Virus record (IMG/VR): IMGVR_UViG_3300020451_000152
Coordinates: 10,263 to 74,262 of that record
Strand: one strand, 5' to 3'
Length of the DNA stretch: 64,000 nucleotides
Source: a virus
Part shown: in pieces, positions 49,422 through 55,912 of the stretch
Position numbering within the stretch: position 1 is the first letter of the stretch
How the letters are laid out: each line of letters begins with the position of its first letter
Position numbers and translations under genes: made by a program
The notes under the pieces: model-generated
What the model saw: the letters and a program-made list of their open reading frames with translations, nothing else
The model's database searches: none
What the model was told of the DNA's origin: nothing

Positions 49422-50807
49422 CTAATATGTTTTATATCCTATGGTTCCAAATTCCTCTGGTGAATAGCAATGATCTAACATATTAAAACGATCTGCATAT
49501 GGAGCACCTAGTCCAGTTGCTAATTCAGAAAATAATGTACGATCATTCATTATCACAAATGGCACAACTCTTTGTCTACCACCTATATCTTCAACATCAT
49601 TATCAATGTGAATGAGTTTTTTATAATCCTCATCAGTCCATTCATCATTCAACACTTCATCTAACCAAGGTTTTCCTGGAAAAAATGCAGGATGTAAATA
49701 TCTCTCTTGAGATAAGAACTTTCTTGCTTCTACTTTAATATCTTTCCAAAATTTTGTATCAAATCTTGAACCATACATGTACATGAATGATAGGTGTGAT
49801 TGATAATCCATTGCCAATAGTTCATAATATGTCTCTTCAACATGTTCTTTAATTTTCTCTATCCCCGATCCATCTTTATGAATGAAATGAGTGTACATTG
49901 CAATTGACTCACACATAACATGAACGCACTCATGATGACATGCAGTTAGTGGCATAATATCAATCAATGACGACCCATTTCTAATATATCTACCAGTAGT
50001 GGGACAAATAACATAATTAGATACTTTAGGAACCCAATTTCTTTTCTTAAACTTCCATGTACTCACATCATCATCAGGAAATGCTTCCTGAATATCTTTC
50101 ATAATTTCTTCATCAGTTGTATCTTTACGATGTATTGAATCATACATGTAAATCCATAACTGTTTACTCTTAAGAGGAATACCAGTCATGTGACCATATT
50201 TACCTGCATATTCAATACAATAATCCCAGTGACCTGCTTCTGGTTTTTCTAGAATGATAGCAGTATTTACTGGTCTAAGACTAGGATCACCATAAGCATT
50301 ACTATCAAAGAGTGGATTTTTCTCTGTACAATCAATAACATAATCATAATTAACACCATTGATAATTGCAGCATCAGGATTAATTAAAACAGAATCAATT
50401 TTTTCCTCTATAATCTTTACACCATCACCAAAACATTTACCACCATCTTTTACCATTGCAGTTCTAAACATTTCAATATCAAAGAACTTTGCAGTTTGTG
50501 AATGAAATGATAATTGAAAATTCTTATCACTTTGACCCCATCCAATATATTTGTACCCATGACAATCTTTAGCATCAGCATATTTTTCCATCCACCTTTT
50601 AGTCACATTTGACAATACTTGTAGACCATCAAAAAATGCAGGATTTGTACCTGACATCATTTCAGGGTAAACTTTATCAGGATCATGTATTAATACATAC
50701 TCATCATCTTTAAACATAGAGTATAAATTATATTTTGTGAGTTGTAACGATGCTAACTGTACAAAACCTGCTGCACTAGCACCCACCACTGCAATTTTTC
50801 TTGTCAT
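49422..50807 (-). CDS. Divergent tryptophan-halogenase-like paralogue
   Basis: Same layout (KIAVVG, YIGWG, YVIDCT, GIPL, RYIRNG, RFDTKFW) but with degenerate motifs. Confidence 0.7.
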   Translation of the reverse strand: MTRKIAVVGASAAGFVQLASLQLTKYNLYSMFKDDEYVLIHDPDKVYPEMMSGTNPAFFDGLQVLSNVTKRWMEKYADAKDCHGYKYIGWGQSDKNFQLSFHSQTAKFFDIEMFRTAMVKDGGKCFGDGVKIIEEKIDSVLINPDAAIINGVNYDYVIDCTEKNPLFDSNAYGDPSLRPVNTAIILEKPEAGHWDYCIEYAGKYGHMTGIPLKSKQLWIYMYDSIHRKDTTDEEIMKDIQEAFPDDDVSTWKFKKRNWVPKVSNYVICPTTGRYIRNGSSLIDIMPLTACHHECVHVMCESIAMYTHFIHKDGSGIEKIKEHVEETYYELLAMDYQSHLSFMYMYGSRFDTKFWKDIKVEARKFLSQERYLHPAFFPGKPWLDEVLNDEWTDEDYKKLIHIDNDVEDIGGRQRVVPFVIMNDRTLFSELATGLGAPYADRFNMLDHCYSPEEFGTIGYKTY

Positions 50808-51358
50808 TTTGAATAATTTATACTTGGGGTATTTAGATAGTTGATATTTAATAGTAACCTTCTATCTGTAGTTGGTGGTGAACCAGCATGTAATACATTT
50901 GAAGGGAACATAATTAATCTACCTTGTTTAGGTGTTACTGAGTCAAGTATATTATGGTTGTGATCAAACATAAATGTGTTACCAGTAGCATCATGTGGAT
51001 AGTATATAAAACTATATGCTTTATTATTAGTATTATCTATATGTGGAATATAATGCTCTGGTTTATCTGGAACTGGTGTCTGTAATATTGCTCTAGTTCT
51101 ATAATGATATCCTTGAGGACATAATTCATCTTTAATTTTAGATAGTAACCCACATATTAAATTGTGTAGTAAATGGTCATTAACATTCTGCTCTTTATCA
51201 TATACTGCATGTACAAATTGTGAATAACCTTTATTATTCTCATCCATGTATGGTTGATAACACCAATGTGTCTCAGGACTCATTATAAAATCCCTGATAA
51301 CAGATTGATATGTTGGTGTTATAAAATCATCAAATACTTTAAACTTAAGAGGGGTCAT
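50804..51358 (-). CDS. 2OG-Fe(II) oxygenase
   Basis: PHID, VTPKQGRLIMF, LHAG..P...R...NIN. Start revised to MTPLKFKVFDDF. Confidence 0.85.
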   Translation of the reverse strand: MTPLKFKVFDDFITPTYQSVIRDFIMSPETHWCYQPYMDENNKGYSQFVHAVYDKEQNVNDHLLHNLICGLLSKIKDELCPQGYHYRTRAILQTPVPDKPEHYIPHIDNTNNKAYSFIYYPHDATGNTFMFDHNHNILDSVTPKQGRLIMFPSNVLHAGSPPTTDRRLLLNINYLNTPSINYSK

Positions 51359-51617
51359 CCTTTTTATATAATGAATTGATAGGTATGATCTTATCGTCAA
51401 GTAAGAAATCAAAATTACGATCAGGATCTTCAAAGTTCTCTTCTACATTATCAATGAATCCTTTTAAGTCTCTAATTAATTCCCAACATGAGTCTACCTC
51501 AAGTCTCTCCTCAGGTGATAGATCATCAAATCTACCCATACGAGCATAATAATTATATTTGGCAGTAATGTACTCCCTGACTTTAATAAAGTCTTTAAAT
51601 GTTGCTACTGCTGCCAT
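51345..51617 (-). CDS. Hypothetical protein
   Basis: 90-aa ORF overlapping both neighbours slightly. Confidence 0.65.
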   Translation of the reverse strand: MAAVATFKDFIKVREYITAKYNYYARMGRFDDLSPEERLEVDSCWELIRDLKGFIDNVEENFEDPDRNFDFLLDDKIIPINSLYKKDDPS

Positions 51618-52771
51618 TGTTTTACTACTGTAATGTTTGCTTTTCTAAAATCGTCATCGACAAACTTTAGTGCTGTACCGTTATATGATACCACATAACC
51701 CTCTGGTTGTGAAGGTCTATTGTCAACAAATGTCTTGATATCAGTAACCTTATTAAGTTGATTGATAATCATTTTCTTTGCTAAACGAATTGATAGATAT
51801 GATGCAACGGTAAAATATATATCCATTTCATACTTAGCAATGAACGCAATACCCATACTCTTCATATGCTCATATCTTTTCTTACCCTTTTCTGATTTCT
51901 TACTAGCAATCTCCTCATCCATCTTAGTTGAGTAGAACTTAGCAAACTGTTGAGCAACATTTCTAACACTACCTAATCCTTTACCTGATCTGATAACCTG
52001 ATTAAAGAACTGTTTGAATAATGTTGCCATCACAAATTTAGACTCACCATACTCTTGAATGATATCAAGAAACTTAGATGAACGCTTGAGTGATCCTTGT
52101 GCTTTGTTGATGATAGCAGTATACTTTGCTGAATCTCTAACATCAAAGTTTGACATACCAGTATAAACAGAACTAGCAACCCATACATCTTTAGTGCTAT
52201 TGTATTGTGGTGCTTTATTATATACTGCAGTAGATCCAGCGATAGTATCACCTTGATATACTGTATGGAATACTATACCTAACTCAGATGGTATAACTTG
52301 CTCACCTAATGGTGTGTTTGCCTGTATAGCATATCTTAGAGCGTTAGGTTGAAATGTAACATATTGAGTATCACCTATACTACCCCATGAACAATCACCT
52401 TGAGTGAATAATAAATCACCTTGAATAATACCTTTAATATTAAGTTGAGGAAGATATTTAAGACAAGTCTTTAGTTTATCTCTCAATATATTTGACTGAT
52501 AGTATCGATCAATATCTGTATCATCATAACATACTTTAGGTGTAACTTTATTGAATACAGATTTAGTACCAACAAAGAATCTACCAGTAACAGGATCAGT
52601 GCCACATACAATTGCTGGTGCACCATCCCATTTAGTACTGATAGTTAGAGTGCTCTTTCTACCTGATAAAACATAACCAAATTGTCTTAGTAAATCTACA
52701 ACCTCAATACCACCAGCAGTGCCAGTGTTAAGAATATTATCTTCGAGGTGCTCTAGGTGTGTGTTTTTCAT
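51605..52771 (-). CDS. Conserved T4-like cyanophage protein (DUF6267-like)
   Basis: MKNTHLEHLED, TKWDGAPAIVCG.DP..G.FFVGTKSVFNK, QGDLLF, FQPN, GIVFHT.Y.G, PEGYV, LKFVD. Start revised to 52771. Confidence 0.75.
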   Translation of the reverse strand: MKNTHLEHLEDNILNTGTAGGIEVVDLLRQFGYVLSGRKSTLTISTKWDGAPAIVCGTDPVTGRFFVGTKSVFNKVTPKVCYDDTDIDRYYQSNILRDKLKTCLKYLPQLNIKGIIQGDLLFTQGDCSWGSIGDTQYVTFQPNALRYAIQANTPLGEQVIPSELGIVFHTVYQGDTIAGSTAVYNKAPQYNSTKDVWVASSVYTGMSNFDVRDSAKYTAIINKAQGSLKRSSKFLDIIQEYGESKFVMATLFKQFFNQVIRSGKGLGSVRNVAQQFAKFYSTKMDEEIASKKSEKGKKRYEHMKSMGIAFIAKYEMDIYFTVASYLSIRLAKKMIINQLNKVTDIKTFVDNRPSQPEGYVVSYNGTALKFVDDDFRKANITVVKQWQQ

Positions 52772-52777
52772 ACCCTT

Positions 52778-52834
52778 ATTATAGTGCATGACAGGGTTTT
52801 TGGGGGGTTTTGTGGACAGTTTGTAATGTGTCAC
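52778..52834 (-). promoter_or_regulatory. Early promoter cassette 9: GTGACACA-N6-ACTGTCCA + 29 nt + TATAAT
   Basis: Box 52813-52834; -10 at 52778-52783; ATG 6 nt downstream. Confidence 0.8.
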
Positions 52835-53382
52835 CGAAATGCTTTCCCTGCTAAGTGTGCAACCATAGATCTCCTGATACCACGAGTAACAGGTGTAATC
52901 CTATGCAAACAAAAACTAGGAAATACAATCAATGTACCCTTATCTCTAGGTAAATCATCAAACAACTCTGTGTGATGTATTTGTAGATCACCACCATCAT
53001 ATTCATTACCATTACTAAGTTGTAATGAGAATCCAATCTTTCTTTGTGGTGCATCATCACTCAAATCATTATCTACATGCCAATTATAATGACAACCATC
53101 ATCTTCATATCTTATATATTGTAAATTCTCAAATCCTTCAGCATCAAAATGATACCATCTACTATTAATCTCTCTAGCAATATCACCAATACGATTATAA
53201 ATCCACTCTACATCTTTATCAAATGCTATAAATGAGTTCCAAGATTTACGAATAGGATTAATAGAACTGACATCAATTCCTGACATTTTGACACCAATAT
53301 CCTCACCAATTTGTGTTATTTTATCACACTCTTCATTGGTAAAAGCATTTGGTATGCAATGTGGATCTAATCTTGGATTCAT
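52831..53382 (-). CDS. 2OG-Fe(II) oxygenase, prolyl-4-hydroxylase/PKHD-like
   Basis: FT.EEC..I, WHVD, RKIGFSLQL, YDGGDL, VFPSF.LHRITPVTRG.RRS.V. Confidence 0.9.
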   Translation of the reverse strand: MNPRLDPHCIPNAFTNEECDKITQIGEDIGVKMSGIDVSSINPIRKSWNSFIAFDKDVEWIYNRIGDIAREINSRWYHFDAEGFENLQYIRYEDDGCHYNWHVDNDLSDDAPQRKIGFSLQLSNGNEYDGGDLQIHHTELFDDLPRDKGTLIVFPSFCLHRITPVTRGIRRSMVAHLAGKAFR

Positions 53383-53975
53383 TTAAATGGTGGTCCCACT
53401 AACCATACTACTAAACTTCTTCTAACACCTCTAGTCACTGGTGTGACCTGATGTAAAACATAACTTGGAAATACAACTGTTAAACCTTTTTCTTTAGGTG
53501 CAGTTGCTAACCTAGTTCCATGCAATTGGAAATCTCCACCATCATACTCTGTTGGATCTGACAATTGAATTGTCAACGACAACTTACGAGGTGGTGCATC
53601 ACCTTTGACCGCACCATCTGTGTGCCATCCATAGAATGAACCTGAGGAATCATACTTAGTGAACTGTAGGTCTTCATTAAACCCACTTATTTCAAATCTC
53701 CAGTGCAATCCATTCAGATTTCTAGATATACTCGCAATTCTATCATACACCCACTTAGTGTTATCAGTCAACTTTATCCAACTGTTTTGTGATTGTCTTA
53801 TATTATTTCTTACCTTAGACTCTGATGAACTACTACCAACAGTAGAATCTATTAATTGTTGTGACTCACCTAGTCTGATGATCTCATCGCACTCTTGTGG
53901 AGTAAACCCACCTTCCCAAGTAGCAAAGTCAGACTCATCGTATGTAGGATGAGGTAATATAGGATAATATGACAT
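53379..53975 (-). CDS. 2OG-Fe(II) oxygenase, prolyl-4-hydroxylase/PKHD-like (paralogue)
   Basis: FTPQECDEII, WHTD, RKLSLTIQLS, YDGGDF, VFPSY.LHQVTPVTRGVRRSLVVW..GP. Confidence 0.9.
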   Translation of the reverse strand: MSYYPILPHPTYDESDFATWEGGFTPQECDEIIRLGESQQLIDSTVGSSSSESKVRNNIRQSQNSWIKLTDNTKWVYDRIASISRNLNGLHWRFEISGFNEDLQFTKYDSSGSFYGWHTDGAVKGDAPPRKLSLTIQLSDPTEYDGGDFQLHGTRLATAPKEKGLTVVFPSYVLHQVTPVTRGVRRSLVVWLVGPPFK

Positions 53976-53981
53976 AATAAT

Positions 53982-55901
53982 TTAGTAAACGACTCGAATG
54001 TCACCTCCATTAGGTATGACTTGATAAGGAGTACCAGCGACTGCTCTTCCACCAGGTGCAGCACCAGGCATGCCCCAGTCACCACCAGCAACGCCAGGTT
54101 GACCAGGTGTGCCAGGTGTTCCTGGTTGTCCATCACCGCCTGGTGTGCCAGGTGTGCCAGGTGTTCCTGGTGTTCCGTCATCACCAGGTGTGCCAGGTGT
54201 TCCGTCTGATCCAGGTGTGCCTGGTGTGCCAGGTGTTCCACCGCTACCGTCTCCACCACCACTGCCAGGTGTTCCTGGTGTGCCAGGTGTTCCTGGTGTA
54301 CCATCTGATGCAGCACTACATCCAGCACTACCGCCAGGTGTACCAGAACTGCCAGGTGTACCACTTGAACCACCACCGCCAGGTGTTCCACCCTGACCAG
54401 GTGTTCCCGAAGTGCCAGGTGTGCCAGGTGTTCCCGAAGATCCTCCTCCGCCTGGTGTTCCCGAAGATCCAGGTGTGCCTGGTGTTCCGTCAGTTCCTGC
54501 TCCGCCTGGTGTACCAGAGGTGCCTGGTGTTCCTCCTGAAGATGATAGAGCATTTGTTTTATTGTTCCATCCTCTACCCTCAGATCCAGATCCACCGTAT
54601 CCTTTTACTCCCTTGACTCCATTATAACCACCATATCCTTTATTTCCACCTTGTCCACCATATCCTTTTGAACCTCCACCACCGCCAAAACCTTTTGAAC
54701 CGCCTTGACCTTTCGATCCACCAGAACCACCTGATCCTCCTGAACCACCGCCTCCACCTGAACCACCCGAACCTCCAGATCCTCCAGAACCTGGTCCTCC
54801 TCCAAAACATGCTACTTTATACTGTGATGTGTTTACTTGTTGTGCTGTATTTCTACTAGTTACCGTTACTTGTTCGGTAACAGTTGATCTGGATCTTCCT
54901 TGACCCCACCATCCTCTTCTACTCCTCCTAGTTTGTGCATTTGATGACTGTGATGTTGATACCTGTTGGAAGGCATATGTAAAGGACTGAGTTGTCCTTT
55001 GCATGCCAGGTGACCCATAGGATCCAGGTGAACCAGGCGATCCATCTGATCCACTAGAACCAGATCCACCGCCACTACCAGGTGACCCATCCGATCCATC
55101 ATTACCAGGTGAACCGTCTGAACCAGGTGAACCAGGCGATCCATCTGATCCATCTACTCCATCTACTCCATCAGAACCAGGAGATGTATTGGCAGAACCA
55201 TTAACTCCGTCAACTCCATCAACTCCATCAGATCCACCGCCACCACCTGCCCATATTCTAGAATCACCACCTTCACACTCAACAAATACAACACGACTTG
55301 ATGGTGCACCTGGATTTGTTATATTAATGGCATTACCACCTGCCTGTTGCTTTGCACCACCTGACGCAAAAATACCATCACCACTTGGTGTGTTATGTAC
55401 ATATAAACTTAGATTAGATGATGAAGAACTACCTATTGATAGTGCTGGTGTTGATGTAGAATTAGATATCATTCTACCTCTAATTCTCAAATATTTTGTA
55501 ATATTCTTATTAAGATTAGAGTTCCAATTAACATTAGCGGATGTTGTTGGAGATGATAATGTACCAGCATCAAAATATTCTTCTTCTGTATTTGGTTGCT
55601 GCTCAATAACATAATCTTTGATGACATTTCTTATATCATCAGGAGATAATTGTCCACTAGTAGGAACTCCTACATTCTCAGTAGAATCTAATAGGTATGG
55701 TTTATGTGGTGCTCCAGATGATGTAGGTAAAGATGCAAATTGATATGGTGCATCAAGATCTGTCTGTCTGTACATTTCAGATGCAGAAATTGGTGCATTA
55801 GTATTACCTATTGCTGTTCTTATATCTCCAAAAGATATCTGTGTTCCAGTACCACCAGTGAGAAGTATCTGAGTAGTATTTGACCAGTCATTTGCTGCCA
55901 T
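53982..55901 (-). CDS. Gly-X-X repeat (collagen-like / gp38-adhesin-like) virion protein
   Basis: N-terminal ISFGDIR...PISASEMYR fibre-tip-type domain; IWAGGGGG and GGDWG..G motifs like glycine-rich adhesins; long GTP/GSP/GSD/GGS triplet runs. Confidence 0.75.
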   Translation of the reverse strand: MAANDWSNTTQILLTGGTGTQISFGDIRTAIGNTNAPISASEMYRQTDLDAPYQFASLPTSSGAPHKPYLLDSTENVGVPTSGQLSPDDIRNVIKDYVIEQQPNTEEEYFDAGTLSSPTTSANVNWNSNLNKNITKYLRIRGRMISNSTSTPALSIGSSSSSNLSLYVHNTPSGDGIFASGGAKQQAGGNAINITNPGAPSSRVVFVECEGGDSRIWAGGGGGSDGVDGVDGVNGSANTSPGSDGVDGVDGSDGSPGSPGSDGSPGNDGSDGSPGSGGGSGSSGSDGSPGSPGSYGSPGMQRTTQSFTYAFQQVSTSQSSNAQTRRSRRGWWGQGRSRSTVTEQVTVTSRNTAQQVNTSQYKVACFGGGPGSGGSGGSGGSGGGGGSGGSGGSGGSKGQGGSKGFGGGGGSKGYGGQGGNKGYGGYNGVKGVKGYGGSGSEGRGWNNKTNALSSSGGTPGTSGTPGGAGTDGTPGTPGSSGTPGGGGSSGTPGTPGTSGTPGQGGTPGGGGSSGTPGSSGTPGGSAGCSAASDGTPGTPGTPGTPGSGGGDGSGGTPGTPGTPGSDGTPGTPGDDGTPGTPGTPGTPGGDGQPGTPGTPGQPGVAGGDWGMPGAAPGGRAVAGTPYQVIPNGGDIRVVY

Positions 55902-55912
55902 GCTGTATTACC

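Noticed and set aside
39868-52834. Palindromic repeats as a CRISPR array or canonical CRP/NtcA sites
   Set aside because: Copies are degenerate, hundreds to thousands of nt apart and tied to TATAAT, with no cas genes. Half-site spacing differs from TGTGA-N6-TCACA and GTA-N8-TAC.
54021-54859. Elastin-like VPGVPG and (QVC/QVF) ORFs on the plus strand, and EHLAHL ORFs in alternative minus frames
   Set aside because: These are shadows of the GTP-repeat gene: low-complexity codons leave other frames open, and they lack their own expression signals.
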